A stretch of DNA of 60,593 nt from a virus (taxonomy: Duplodnaviria; Caudoviricetes), in the IMG/VR virus record IMGVR_UViG_3300006920_000048, positions 1 to 60,593 of that record; one strand, 5' to 3'. The translations under genes and the position numbers were made by a program. Below are positions 1 through 9,863 of this stretch, piece by piece (within the stretch, counting starts at the first letter, position 1; every line of letters begins with the position of its first letter). Under the pieces are notes generated by a model. The model was given only the letters and a program-made list of their open reading frames with translations. It made no database searches and had not been told where the DNA came from.

Positions 1-240
1 CTACCGCAGCTACTGGTGAAGCAATAATAAACAGTGTCGCAACTTCCGCTGGTACAAGCACTACCGCAGCCACCGCTGCAATTCCAGGGTCGGTCGGCGC
101 GTCATCAGGGACGAGCACTGCCACCGCCACTGGTGAAGCAATAATAAACAGTGTCGCAACTTCCGCTGGGACAAGCACTGCCGCAGCTACCGGTGAAGCA
201 ATAATAAACAGTGTCGCAACTTCCTCTGGGACAAGCACCA
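1..240 (+). repeat. 60-bp coding tandem repeat (3 good copies plus one degenerate unit)
   Basis: Core ggtgaagcaataataaacagtgtcgcaacttcc recurs at about 15, 132 and 192; encodes GEAIINSVATS. Confidence 0.95.
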
Positions 241-725
241 CCTCTGCCACTTCCGCAGGATCAGGGTCGACAGGTGCGTCAACAGGTACAAGCACTGCCT
301 CCGCCATAGGAGCTTCAACGTCTGCTAGTGATGGGTCTAGTGCAGGACTTGGGGCTATGTCCGGTGTTGGGGAATCGCTAGTTTCCAGCGATGCGACAGC
401 CTCTGGCACATCAACGGTTTTAGGTGTTGGCTTTGGAGGTTTCGATGCGATAGGATCGTCATCTGGCACAAGTACAGTATCTGGCGTAGGCAGTGCGATT
501 TTTGATAGTGTAGGGGTCATATCAGGCTCAGCCATAACACTAGCTGTGGGGGCGATCAATGCTGCGGCATTAGGGTCTTCTGCAGGTGTGTCTATGGTTA
601 CAGGGATATCGGCATCCGGGTTTGCTAACGCTGGGCGTGTTGAACTTGTACACTTGACTCAGCCGGTTGTAGTTACAGACTACAAATCAATAGTTGAAGC
701 TGAGAAAATCAGAGTTTCTTTTTAA
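3..725 (+). CDS. 3' part of Ser/Thr/Ala/Gly-rich repeat virion (adhesin/fibre-like) protein; continues from ORF starting at 59656
   Basis: Frame of ORF 357..725 is open back to position 3 (TAATGEAIINSVATSAGTST...), the same 20-aa repeat in which ORF 59656 runs off the right end. Confidence 0.85.
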   Translation, partial: TAATGEAIINSVATSAGTSTTAATAAIPGSVGASSGTSTATATGEAIINSVATSAGTSTAAATGEAIINSVATSSGTSTTSATSAGSGSTGASTGTSTASAIGASTSASDGSSAGLGAMSGVGESLVSSDATASGTSTVLGVGFGGFDAIGSSSGTSTVSGVGSAIFDSVGVISGSAITLAVGAINAAALGSSAGVSMVTGISASGFANAGRVELVHLTQPVVVTDYKSIVEAEKIRVSF

Positions 726-737
726 GGGTTATTGATT

Positions 738-1820
738 ATGGCATATTTATTCTCAGATGGGTTTGATGGTCACGGGGCCTTGGCTGATATATGGGACGTT
801 GCGGATGCTGGCTCATCTATTGTAACTGATGGGGGTAAATATGGAGCTGGCACTAATTCTATGGTGCTTGCTGGTGTGCTTGATACAAATAAAGTTCAGT
901 ACTCCGCGTCACCAGCCAGCCCTATCGGAGGTACTACCAACCCATTCCACATGGCGTTCTTCTTGAAAATACCTCTGACACCAATAACCTCTCGACTGTG
1001 CGTGGTGTTTCGTAGCACTGATGATGGTAGTGATGGCGGTGGTGTGTATCTAACCAACTCCGGTGTGCTGCAGTTTGGCATGCATGCAGCCAACATGTCG
1101 GAAGGCTCATCTTTGAGCCTCATTGCAGGTACAAGTAGTTTGGTATCTGACAACATATGGCACCACATAGAGCTAAAATTTGTAGCTGATAACACATTTG
1201 GTGTAGCCAAGATGTGGGTTGATGGTGTGCTTGAGATTGATTTCTCAGGGGATACGTTTACCTCTGGAACTATCACAGGCATCGGTTATGATCATATAAT
1301 CCTGCACTCGGCCTGGGCTGCAAATTTCGAGTGGGACGATCTCCTGGTTTGGGACGAAGAAGGCTCTTCAATGAACACCTCTACGCAACTTGGGGTTCAC
1401 CGGATAGAGACTATAATCCCGGATGGAGATGGCACCACGAATAACTTCACGGCTACAGGTGCAGGAACCACAAATGCAGGTAGGGTTGATGAAGTTGGAG
1501 CTGACGATGACACCACGTATGTTGAGAGTGGTACGTCAACCGACAAAGATTTGTACACTTACTCAGCCATGACATCCACACCAGCTATTGTTGAAGGTGT
1601 GGTCTTGCGTACTAGAGGAACCAACAACGCCGCAGGCGCTATCTCATTCAAGGCGAGAACGAGATCGAATGTTACAGAAGTTTGTGGGACTGCATTTCAG
1701 CTTTCTGCGCTTGGTGTTTATTCACAGTACACAGAGTTTGTTGCACTAGACCCAGATGGCAGTGTTGCATGGACTAAGACCAAGATAGACGCCGCAGAGT
1801 TTGGCGTGGAGGTGGTCTAA
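738..1820 (+). CDS. Virion protein with LamG/concanavalin A-like beta-sandwich (putative receptor binding)
   Basis: WHHIELK...WVDGVLEIDFSGDT pattern typical of LamG-like domains; lies in tail/adhesin cluster; ATG 738 preferred over TTG 732. Confidence 0.6.
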   Translation: MAYLFSDGFDGHGALADIWDVADAGSSIVTDGGKYGAGTNSMVLAGVLDTNKVQYSASPASPIGGTTNPFHMAFFLKIPLTPITSRLCVVFRSTDDGSDGGGVYLTNSGVLQFGMHAANMSEGSSLSLIAGTSSLVSDNIWHHIELKFVADNTFGVAKMWVDGVLEIDFSGDTFTSGTITGIGYDHIILHSAWAANFEWDDLLVWDEEGSSMNTSTQLGVHRIETIIPDGDGTTNNFTATGAGTTNAGRVDEVGADDDTTYVESGTSTDKDLYTYSAMTSTPAIVEGVVLRTRGTNNAAGAISFKARTRSNVTEVCGTAFQLSALGVYSQYTEFVALDPDGSVAWTKTKIDAAEFGVEVV

Positions 1821-1854
1821 AAGGCTTTATTGAAGCTTACGAGATCAGTAAATT

Positions 1855-3189
1855 ATGGTAGATGCTGTTCGGATCACTCACCAGTACGCCGAGGTTGTTA
1901 CTTCAGGTAGTAGTTCTACCGCTGCCAGAGTAACGCAACAGTACGCCGAGGTTGTTACTTCAGGTAGTAGTTCTGCCGCTGTTCGCATCACTCACCAGTA
2001 TGTAGAGGTCATCTATGTAAACCCGTTTGGTCAGGCTTCTGGATCATCGGAGGTACTTGGTGTGGGTAACGCTGCCACACTATCAGATGGTTCGTCATCC
2101 GGTACTGGTGCGGCACTTGCAGTAGGTGCGTCAACCGCAGAGTCATCAGGATCGGCATCGAGCACAAGCACAGTTACAGCAGTGTCAGAGGTGTTGGTTG
2201 CAGCTGTTGGTGAGGCGTCTGGTACGAGCACAGTAACAGGCTTTCATGAGCCAGGAAGCACTGCCACAGCAGCAGGAACTGCCACTGTATCTGGTGTAGG
2301 TTTTGGAAATACTTCAAGTGTCGGATCATCTCTAGGAACCAGCACCGTTGTCGCTGTTGGAGAGACCATAACCGCCAGCCTTGGCAGTGCAGTAGGGTCT
2401 GCATCCACATCAGGTACAGGGTCATCTACTGTGGCTGTGGTAGCTACGTCGTCAGGGTCAGCAACCACTGTGGGGGTGGCAGTAGCCTCTCTGGTAGCGG
2501 AATCTGCAGGAACCTCAACAGTAATAGGTGTAGGAAGTTCGATTTCCAGTGGTGTAGCTACGTCATCAGGATCAACCACCTCAATAGCTGTGAGTACGGT
2601 CACGACTGACTCCGTTGGTAGCTGTTCAGGCTCCTCGGTGATCGCTGGAGTGGCTGATAGTATATGGGTATCAATCGCCGAGTCATCAGGGTCAGCTACC
2701 TCAACAGCTATAGGCTCATCAACCTCAGCAATCACAGGCCATGCAGAAGGTACAAGCACAACCGTAGCCACAGGGTCAGCTATAACCGATGTGGTTGCAG
2801 TGTCCACAGGTACAAGCACAGCCGCAGCCACAGGATCAGCCATACTGCCAGCAGTAGGTTCGTCATCAGGATTGTCGAGCGTCACAGGATTCGGGTTGGC
2901 ATTACTGCCAGCCACAGGAACATCAACAGGTGTGGGAACCGCTACTGGAGTAGGCAAGTCGAATGCTGCCTCGGAAGCGCACATGCATGGTGTAGCGTTG
3001 GTCACAGGTATAGGTTCGTCTCTGGCTGACGTTGTAGGGAGCGCAGCAGGTTTCTCTGCTGTTGTCGGAAAGTCTCGTGTATTTGATGCTGACTTATCAA
3101 ACATCATTTACATAGGTCATGTATCAGCACAACGGGTACATACAACAATAGAAGAAGATGAAGAGATTCGTCTGACAATAGAGGCATAG
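1855..3189 (+). CDS. Ser/Thr/Ala/Gly-rich repeat virion protein, paralogue of the end-spanning gene
   Basis: Periodic SSGTSTVxAVG-like repeats; C-terminus (IEEDEEIRLTIEA) resembles that of 3..725 (VEAEKIRVSF). Confidence 0.75.
   Translation: MVDAVRITHQYAEVVTSGSSSTAARVTQQYAEVVTSGSSSAAVRITHQYVEVIYVNPFGQASGSSEVLGVGNAATLSDGSSSGTGAALAVGASTAESSGSASSTSTVTAVSEVLVAAVGEASGTSTVTGFHEPGSTATAAGTATVSGVGFGNTSSVGSSLGTSTVVAVGETITASLGSAVGSASTSGTGSSTVAVVATSSGSATTVGVAVASLVAESAGTSTVIGVGSSISSGVATSSGSTTSIAVSTVTTDSVGSCSGSSVIAGVADSIWVSIAESSGSATSTAIGSSTSAITGHAEGTSTTVATGSAITDVVAVSTGTSTAAATGSAILPAVGSSSGLSSVTGFGLALLPATGTSTGVGTATGVGKSNAASEAHMHGVALVTGIGSSLADVVGSAAGFSAVVGKSRVFDADLSNIIYIGHVSAQRVHTTIEEDEEIRLTIEA
1864..2010 (+). 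repeat. 57-bp tandem repeat, about 2.6 copies (AVRITHQYAEVVTSGSSST)
   Basis: cagtacgccgaggttgttacttcaggtagtagttct is identical in copies 1 and 2. Confidence 0.9.
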
Positions 3190-3200
3190 GAGGTACGGGG

Positions 3201-3527
3201 ATGGATGAAACTCAGTTAAACTTTATTAACTCACAAGTAAGCACCTTGCAATGGGCATTCAATGTAGTGCTGCTGGTTGTCGGGGGTCTGGGAGGTATAA
3301 TTTTGAAAAATTTAACGGCTGCAGTTAGGCAGACACAACACACATGCGAAAACCTTGTTGAAGCTGACAAGGGTTTAGCAGATAAAGTTCAGTCGCTAGA
3401 AATTTTAGTAGCTGGACAATATGTGACCAGGCAATCACATGAGCGCTTGGAGGAAGGCATATTTAAGCGGTTGGATGTTATAGCTGATAAGATGGACGCA
3501 ATGCCTTGTAGAAACCCAAAAACTTAA
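3201..3527 (+). CDS. Single-TM membrane protein, possible holin-like lysis protein
   Basis: N-terminal hydrophobic helix WAFNVVLLVVGGLGGIIL followed by coiled coil; AGGAGG RBS; upstream of endolysin. Confidence 0.5.
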   Translation: MDETQLNFINSQVSTLQWAFNVVLLVVGGLGGIILKNLTAAVRQTQHTCENLVEADKGLADKVQSLEILVAGQYVTRQSHERLEEGIFKRLDVIADKMDAMPCRNPKT

Positions 3528-3537
3528 GGAGAAAAGT

Positions 3538-4020
3538 ATGGTTATGCCTGTGAATACAAGTTATTTTTTAGAGATCCCATCCATGTGGCCTATACCGGAT
3601 GGTAAAGGCCATTGGATAACAACCGAACGATTGGTGTTTTACTCAGGAAGATTCGGAGTCAATATAATAATTGAAGCTGGTGCTGTAAACAACCTAGCAT
3701 CAGTACCTTGGCTATTCCGTAGATTGTTCTCAATCAACGGGCCTTCCAGACCTGCCGCCATGCTACACGACCCTTTGTATGAATTAGAAGGTAAAGTGCT
3801 TGGCCGCAAGTTCACAAAGGATGAGTGCGACTTAATCTTCTACGATGCCTTGGTCTGCACCAAGCGCAGCGTATTCGATGCGTACCCAAACTTATGCCAA
3901 GGCTACCTTGAGAAGCGTAAGATGGATGAGTCCATGCTGACGTATGAGCAGTTATGCCCGACATGGGTAGCCAAGATAATGTTGAAAGGTTTAAACATAG
4001 CTTTTTGGAGAAAATGGTAA
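3538..4020 (+). CDS. DUF1353-like phage protein
   Basis: LASVPWLFR...AAMLHDPLY...CDLIFYDAL motif pattern. Confidence 0.7.
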   Translation: MVMPVNTSYFLEIPSMWPIPDGKGHWITTERLVFYSGRFGVNIIIEAGAVNNLASVPWLFRRLFSINGPSRPAAMLHDPLYELEGKVLGRKFTKDECDLIFYDALVCTKRSVFDAYPNLCQGYLEKRKMDESMLTYEQLCPTWVAKIMLKGLNIAFWRKW

Positions 4021-4511
4021 TGACTCCTAGCTATGCGCTGGTCAACATCATACGACCTGGACTAATGCACCTACCTGAAAAGATGCGCTCCTCGGATGCT
4101 GAGGCGCTACTCTTGGCAATTGGTTTGCAGGAGTCTAGGTTCGTACATCGCCGACAGGTTGGAGGCCCTGCTCACGGGTTCTTCCAGTTTGAAAAAGGTG
4201 GCGGTGTCATCGGTGTGCTGCAGCACCACAGCTCATCGTTGTTAGCTAATGAGGTTCTTCGGGAACTGGAGATATCAACCATCCATGCGTACGAGGCGTT
4301 GGTGTACAACGACACACTGGCTGTTGTGTTCGCACGATTACTTCTATGGACTGATCCACAACCAATGCCAAAAATTGGAGCTTTTGTGGATGTGACATGG
4401 GAGTGCTATCTCCGTAATTGGAGACCTGGAAAGCCGCACCCAGAGACGTGGCCTGCTAACTACAGAGCTGCATGTTCAGCTGTTAAAGAAAATAAAGGAG
4501 GTGATCTGTGA
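4020..4511 (+). CDS. Endolysin, lysozyme/transglycosylase-like
   Basis: LLAIGLQESRFVHRRQVGGPAHGFFQFEKGGGV and YLRNWRPGKPHPETW motifs of a recognisable phage lysin family; GGAG RBS at 4007. Confidence 0.75.
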   Translation: MTPSYALVNIIRPGLMHLPEKMRSSDAEALLLAIGLQESRFVHRRQVGGPAHGFFQFEKGGGVIGVLQHHSSSLLANEVLRELEISTIHAYEALVYNDTLAVVFARLLLWTDPQPMPKIGAFVDVTWECYLRNWRPGKPHPETWPANYRAACSAVKENKGGDL

Positions 4512-5014
4512 AAAAACTACTACTTGCGATGGCATTGGCAATTATGCTATCGGGATGTGCGACAGGTTTGGATGTTGGTAAAGCGGTGTCTGGTGCTGCC
4601 GTTGTAGATGAAGCTGTTATGTCAGGCGATGTGCTCGATGCTATCCTCTCTGTAGAGCTGTCACCGGCTGATGCGGCAATTGTTGAAGACACGTATGACT
4701 TCTACATGCAGTTCAGGTCTACCTGGGCGGGTAATCCTGAAGCGGTTATGCTTGACCCGCTCTTGTTCGAGCGATTTAAAAAAGACTATCAGATACTAAG
4801 CGTAAAATATACCAATCTTAAGGGGGTGGTTGAGCGCAATGCTCACCGCTATAAACCATTGAGTCTTGGTGTTCTGCGTGACTACGACTCCATAGCTACT
4901 ATGTCGTACGAAGCTACTAACAAATTAATGGAGCAAGGTGATAAAACCCAAACCCTGAACAGCGCGTTAGAGTTTGGGACAATTATAGGTCGTCTGGTGA
5001 TCTTGCTGTTATAG
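4508..5014 (+). CDS. Lipoprotein, spanin candidate
   Basis: Signal MKKLLLAMALAIMLSG-C lipobox; hydrophobic C-terminus; directly after endolysin. Confidence 0.65.
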   Translation: MKKLLLAMALAIMLSGCATGLDVGKAVSGAAVVDEAVMSGDVLDAILSVELSPADAAIVEDTYDFYMQFRSTWAGNPEAVMLDPLLFERFKKDYQILSVKYTNLKGVVERNAHRYKPLSLGVLRDYDSIATMSYEATNKLMEQGDKTQTLNSALEFGTIIGRLVILLL

Positions 5015-7822
5015 CTTGGTCATATCTACTTCCCAGCACCACACTTGCCCACCGGCTTTTGTGGTGCCAGCACCTAGAACTTTCTTGGCTTGCTTGTTCA
5101 ATATTACAGCATTAGACACCAGCACCGATTCCATCTCAGTGAAATTTACACCTGCCGCTTTGCAATGATCTTTCAGCACTGATTTGGTGATGTACGCCAA
5201 ATGGTGGGTGGTGTAATCCTCAACCCTAACAAATATAGATCCGGTAGGCATGCCCTCTTCCCAAAGGCTTTTGTTTGAATTTGCCACTTTAGGGGTTGGT
5301 GTGGCATCTAATCTGAGAGTCTCTCGACTGTACTTATCTAAAAATTCTGACAAGATAACCTCTGGAGTTCTTATACTATCCTTGACCCTGGTGCGTGTAC
5401 TCTGCAACTGCTTGCCACCCCAATGCACGCACTTCTGCACATCAAATGATATGAGACCAAGCTTCTTGGCAATGGAGCCAGCAACCAGTGATGTAGCTAA
5501 TATAGAAACCCAAAACCTCTCCTGCGTCTCACTGCCGAGCCGAGCAGTCAAAAAATTGATCATCTTGTGTATGTCCTCTTTGATCTCATCATAATGCTCA
5601 ACGACGTACTGGATGAACACATGGCCGGCGTGTCCGTAATTTTGATCTTGTGTGATGTTGGAATACCTGTTTGCTTCATCTTTAGTGTGTGATGTTGGAA
5701 GAGTCATGTGCAGCTGGAACACACGCATAGACTCCGCACCTGCCGCTCCTTTGGCACTTTGGATCATGTCATACGCATCGCTGTTTGATGATCCGAAGCC
5801 TATGAACGCCCAATCAGCTAGTATCTTGGATAGTGTGCCGTTCTGGTTGCTTCGGGACTTGCCTTCACCTTGGGTGATCTCTAATGCCAATGCGCTGAAT
5901 TGTGGGCCTGTCCAGTTAGTTATCTCATCCATGCACATGGATATGTTGCGATACATACCAAACTTTGTGGTTCGGGCATTGGCAGTCATACCACTCTTGG
6001 TACCGTTGAGGAGTAAATCAACCGGGTGTCCCCACACAGAGTTCATCGCCTTGAGAACAGTGGTCTTGCCTGTGCCTGACTCCCCAGAAGCAAACACAAG
6101 CGCACCTTTGTGCCCTGTCATGTGGTACAACGGTGATCCAAAAGCACCACAAATCATAAGTTGGTGAGCCTCATGACCTGGCGAGTTGTAGAACTCCATG
6201 CCTTCTACCCAACCTTCAAGAGTACCTTTCTGGACTATGCCTGGCATAGCATCACGGAAGGCATCAGACACTTCATGTGTCTCAACAGAGCCGTCGTTGT
6301 GGTATTCGACAGGAGCCAAGGTGAATGAGGTGTGTGTAGTATTCCAACCAAGTTGACCAATTAATTTCTTTGGTTTGGTTATCTTCTGTAGCTGGTGAAT
6401 ATATGCACTCATAAATGCCTTTAATTTTGTTATGTTATGTACTGTGACACCTTTTGAATTTAGAAGGGTGTCAAGAGCTTTTGGGTCAGCCATGATTGCT
6501 TGAGGAATCACAACATTGAAATCGTTTTTTCTTGGTGCGGTGAGTGTCCAGGTAATGTGGCTGTCGCCAGTCCTTGTATCTTCCAGCCTGGCAATCGGGA
6601 ATATATTGCCGACGTGAACCAGAGATGACTTGCCATCTTTTGATTCGTGCATGACACTTGCACCATACTCATTGTCAGTACGAAAATAACCACGTGGTAT
6701 TTCAATATCACCAATAGGTGTTATTGTTACCGTTGGCTGCTTTCTGAACTCTGTCACTGCTCGCTCTGGTTGGCCTAGCTGAGCTGGCGTGGATATCTTG
6801 CCAAACTTAGGGCACCCTTCACACAAACCCGCTGGGCCGCACTGCTGAAACCTCTTGCATGTTGTTGGGCCTGTAATCTCTTTAGTAGATTGCCAAAGCT
6901 TTCTTAACGTTATTGATCTTGAGTAGTCGGCATGAGCCTCTGACATGGCAATGGCTGCGTCTTCAGGATCTGTCATGTGTCTAGCTAGTGCTATACCTGC
7001 GTACCAGTGAGGCTCGTCCTTGCCTCCAGTCTGGTAGAGGTTGTCTACCTGTGCGCATTTCTCCAACACCTCATCAAACTCACACGGAGGGAACTTTCTA
7101 TCTGTGTTGCTGTCTAACCCGACTTCAACAGAAGTACCTTCGATTCCTGGCAGTGATGCTGATTGAGTAGCTGGAATCTTTGCCTTACTAACAGGCAGTC
7201 GAAGTATGGCTTCCTTCATGACCTTCAAGTCAATCGGATCGCAATCACACATCACAGAAACCTTTGTGCCACGCTTGATGTTGAATGTTCCTGGTACTCT
7301 CAACACACATGACGGGTTGGCGGTTAAAGCACTGTCAAACTTCAAACCGATTTCCAGCAGACCATCCTTGAGTCTTTCAGCTAATGGCTTCCATGATTCT
7401 TTCAGAACAGGCTTGACCAATGGCCAGTATACATGCAGACCCTTACCTGAGAATACAACCATCGGCTGTGGCATGTCGTAGTCACATATGAAATCGCGTA
7501 GCGCCTCATCAGCCTCAACATGAGAAGGGTACTTGCCGTCCTTACCTTCCTCACAATCAATATCAATCCAGAAGCACTTCAAGCCTTGGATGTTTGGTAT
7601 TGCTCGCGTGCCTTTAAGCTTTCCATCTATACGTGCTTGCTTTATAGACCCAAGCGCGAAGTAGATGTCAGTCTTTCCGTCATCCTTAAATCGGTTTATT
7701 GCTGACAGCATCTCACCAGAATTACCACACACAATCGGAAGGTGTTTGTCAGCCGTCTTGTTTGTGGTGTGGATGATCCTCAAGCCTTGAGGAACCAGTT
7801 TGTCTAGGAAATCCCTAATCAT
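5009..7822 (-). CDS. Primase-helicase (AEP/RepB-like primase, Cys cluster, DUF927-type helicase)
   Basis: IDIDC, SGKGLHVYW and VLRVPGTFN primase motifs; GPTTC..C....CEGC; Walker A GESGTGKT; CMDEIT Walker B. Confidence 0.85.
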   Translation of the reverse strand: MIRDFLDKLVPQGLRIIHTTNKTADKHLPIVCGNSGEMLSAINRFKDDGKTDIYFALGSIKQARIDGKLKGTRAIPNIQGLKCFWIDIDCEEGKDGKYPSHVEADEALRDFICDYDMPQPMVVFSGKGLHVYWPLVKPVLKESWKPLAERLKDGLLEIGLKFDSALTANPSCVLRVPGTFNIKRGTKVSVMCDCDPIDLKVMKEAILRLPVSKAKIPATQSASLPGIEGTSVEVGLDSNTDRKFPPCEFDEVLEKCAQVDNLYQTGGKDEPHWYAGIALARHMTDPEDAAIAMSEAHADYSRSITLRKLWQSTKEITGPTTCKRFQQCGPAGLCEGCPKFGKISTPAQLGQPERAVTEFRKQPTVTITPIGDIEIPRGYFRTDNEYGASVMHESKDGKSSLVHVGNIFPIARLEDTRTGDSHITWTLTAPRKNDFNVVIPQAIMADPKALDTLLNSKGVTVHNITKLKAFMSAYIHQLQKITKPKKLIGQLGWNTTHTSFTLAPVEYHNDGSVETHEVSDAFRDAMPGIVQKGTLEGWVEGMEFYNSPGHEAHQLMICGAFGSPLYHMTGHKGALVFASGESGTGKTTVLKAMNSVWGHPVDLLLNGTKSGMTANARTTKFGMYRNISMCMDEITNWTGPQFSALALEITQGEGKSRSNQNGTLSKILADWAFIGFGSSNSDAYDMIQSAKGAAGAESMRVFQLHMTLPTSHTKDEANRYSNITQDQNYGHAGHVFIQYVVEHYDEIKEDIHKMINFLTARLGSETQERFWVSILATSLVAGSIAKKLGLISFDVQKCVHWGGKQLQSTRTRVKDSIRTPEVILSEFLDKYSRETLRLDATPTPKVANSNKSLWEEGMPTGSIFVRVEDYTTHHLAYITKSVLKDHCKAAGVNFTEMESVLVSNAVILNKQAKKVLGAGTTKAGGQVWCWEVDMTKL

Positions 7823-8162
7823 TATGCTGACCTAGATCAACACCCTTTAGGATTGAATCCAACACTGCTACTCTATCAGACAGAGAGCCATAGACAGGCA
7901 GCGTGTTATCTTTATACGCTCGTGTGATAGCTTTCCCAAGCTTCACAACAAGCACCTTGTTCTCGTCAGACACATCGCATGTGGCAAAGAACCAGCGGTA
8001 CACGGTTGCCTTAGTGACACCTAATGCTTCAGCTACTTGAGGTACCGGCAGGTTAGTGCGGTACACAAGCAGCCCGAATTTAGGGCCAATGCAGTCCGGG
8101 TGTTCTTTTGCTGTTAGCACTACACGATTTATATTTTTTCTTGATGCGGCTAAATTTTTCAT
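7815..8162 (-). CDS. Helix-turn-helix DNA-binding protein
   Basis: VPQVAEALGVTKATVYRWF HTH. Confidence 0.75.
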   Translation of the reverse strand: MKNLAASRKNINRVVLTAKEHPDCIGPKFGLLVYRTNLPVPQVAEALGVTKATVYRWFFATCDVSDENKVLVVKLGKAITRAYKDNTLPVYGSLSDRVAVLDSILKGVDLGQHND

Positions 8163-8247
8163 AGCTAATCCTGGGGGAAAGATAGTTACCCAAGCCACAA
8201 ACACATGTGACTTGGGTTTGACACTATACTACAATTTTCAGATTTTG

Positions 8248-9336
8248 TTACTCGTCATCGAAATCAGCCCACTGATCTGCAAGCGCTGCAAGATCGCTGG
8301 CATCACCTGCAGGCGCTTCCTTCTTAGCTTTTGGCACTTCTTGCTTAACCACGGCTTTCTTTGTCGGAGCTTCATCACCAAAGCCGTCATCTTCCTCATC
8401 ATCTTCAAGCGGAAGCTCTACCTGCTCAACCTTAGCCTTGCGAGGAGCGCGAGTACGTTTTGGAGGTGTGTCTATCACTTCGCTGGTTTTCTCAATCTTA
8501 GGAGCTGCGGCAGTGTCAACCTTACTTGCTGGCCGTAGAACCTGCTCATCTCCACCACTTGCAGGAGTTGGGATAACAGCATTGCCATTAACCATGTCCT
8601 TTACTCCGGTTGAGTTGACCAGCGCCTTGACGTCTTCCATCTTGTCTGCATCGACGAACTTAGCTGCTGAGAACAACAGCTTAGGGTAAGCAGTGTTAGG
8701 ATCGAACTTGATCTTGGTAACTACTGATGCGGTATGTTTTACACCACGAGCTTTCAGGAACGCGACATATTGATCCCAAGCAAAGAACCCTTTAGCCTCA
8801 TGCTCCTTAGCATCCTTGTCCCAAACAGATGTTTGAGGGAGTTTAAGCAACATAGCACCCATGCTTATTCGGCCGGCTGGCACCACCGCCAATCGCTTGA
8901 GTGTGGCACATGCGGTCACTTCCTTGTCGTTCTGGGTGATCTTGGAGCCTTTAACTGACCAAGGGCAAGAAGCACAAGTCTTGGCGCATGGTGACTCAAC
9001 ATCGCTGTCAGGTGCCACACCGTTTGACGACCAGCATGTAGGCCCCTGGCTCTCGCCTTCAACGAAGTCACCTTCAAAGTAGATGCGTGACCGAGCTTGA
9101 TTCACACCAACGACAATCATCTGCACTGTCGATACTGGTATAGCATCACCATCTTCATCAGGCTTGGTTATAACTGTTTCCTCACCGTCTTTCTTGAGAC
9201 GCCACTTGCCGCCTCTAAATGTGAGTGCAGGAACCGCTTCTCGGACGATGAGGTTTGTATCATCATCACTAAACGCATCTGCAATGTGGGCTGGTAAACC
9301 AGCTTGGCCGGGGAATAAAGCTAACTCTGTTGACAT
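8248..9336 (-). CDS. ssDNA-binding/recombination-type replication protein
   Basis: LTFRGGKWR, CWSSNG and CASCPW motifs; acidic tail ending WADFDDE; replication module context. Confidence 0.6.
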   Translation of the reverse strand: MSTELALFPGQAGLPAHIADAFSDDDTNLIVREAVPALTFRGGKWRLKKDGEETVITKPDEDGDAIPVSTVQMIVVGVNQARSRIYFEGDFVEGESQGPTCWSSNGVAPDSDVESPCAKTCASCPWSVKGSKITQNDKEVTACATLKRLAVVPAGRISMGAMLLKLPQTSVWDKDAKEHEAKGFFAWDQYVAFLKARGVKHTASVVTKIKFDPNTAYPKLLFSAAKFVDADKMEDVKALVNSTGVKDMVNGNAVIPTPASGGDEQVLRPASKVDTAAAPKIEKTSEVIDTPPKRTRAPRKAKVEQVELPLEDDEEDDGFGDEAPTKKAVVKQEVPKAKKEAPAGDASDLAALADQWADFDDE

Positions 9337-9369
9337 CTACTTCTCCTTTAAGATTCTTAAAATTGTTAC

Positions 9370-9855
9370 TTAGGCGTTTTTCAAAGGTGCTTTTGGCGCC
9401 TTAATCTTCACCACGTTTTCTTTTGGATCAGGTGCCTGAAGGTCTGCATCAGGATCAGGTATATTCAAGCCTTCAGTGCCTTTAGTGGCAGGTGGTTCCG
9501 TAATCACACCAGGGTCAGCTTCTGCTGCAGCCATCAAAGCATCTTGGCGCAGTTTTAGAAGACCCTCAACATAGCTGTTGTGCTTGTTGAATTCTTTCAG
9601 GTTGCCGCATGTGACGTAGATGGCAACATCATAACCTTCTTCATTGCAAGGTTGGAACTGTGTGGTGAAGATGCAGTAGTGTGGGTTATCACGCTGCCAC
9701 TGTTCAAGGTCTACAGATCGAAGAAATCGCTTGAACTCAATGACTGGATCTTTGCGCATTTCTGGAATCGGCTTGCTTAAGTCTATTGAACCAGATGCCG
9801 TCACATACTCTGAACCTGCTTGTGTTACATCTAGGGTTTCATTTTGGTCTTCCAT
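9370..9855 (-). CDS. Hypothetical protein
   Basis: 161-aa ORF with GAGG RBS in operon. Confidence 0.7.
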   Translation of the reverse strand: MEDQNETLDVTQAGSEYVTASGSIDLSKPIPEMRKDPVIEFKRFLRSVDLEQWQRDNPHYCIFTTQFQPCNEEGYDVAIYVTCGNLKEFNKHNSYVEGLLKLRQDALMAAAEADPGVITEPPATKGTEGLNIPDPDADLQAPDPKENVVKIKAPKAPLKNA

Positions 9856-9863
9856 AATTACCT

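Noticed and set aside
1-240. CRISPR-like look of the invariant 33-nt core with ~27-nt intervals (also at 60421-60593)
   Set aside because: Intervals are near-identical to each other, the period is 60 nt in frame within a gene, and there is no cas operon
2031-3107. Long antisense ORFs (also 49043..49792, 37193..37741 and many others in the track)
   Set aside because: Shadows of low-complexity sense genes; no RBS or recognisable motifs
738-3189. Diversity-generating retroelement acting on adhesins
   Set aside because: No reverse transcriptase and no adenine-specific template/variable repeat pair observed
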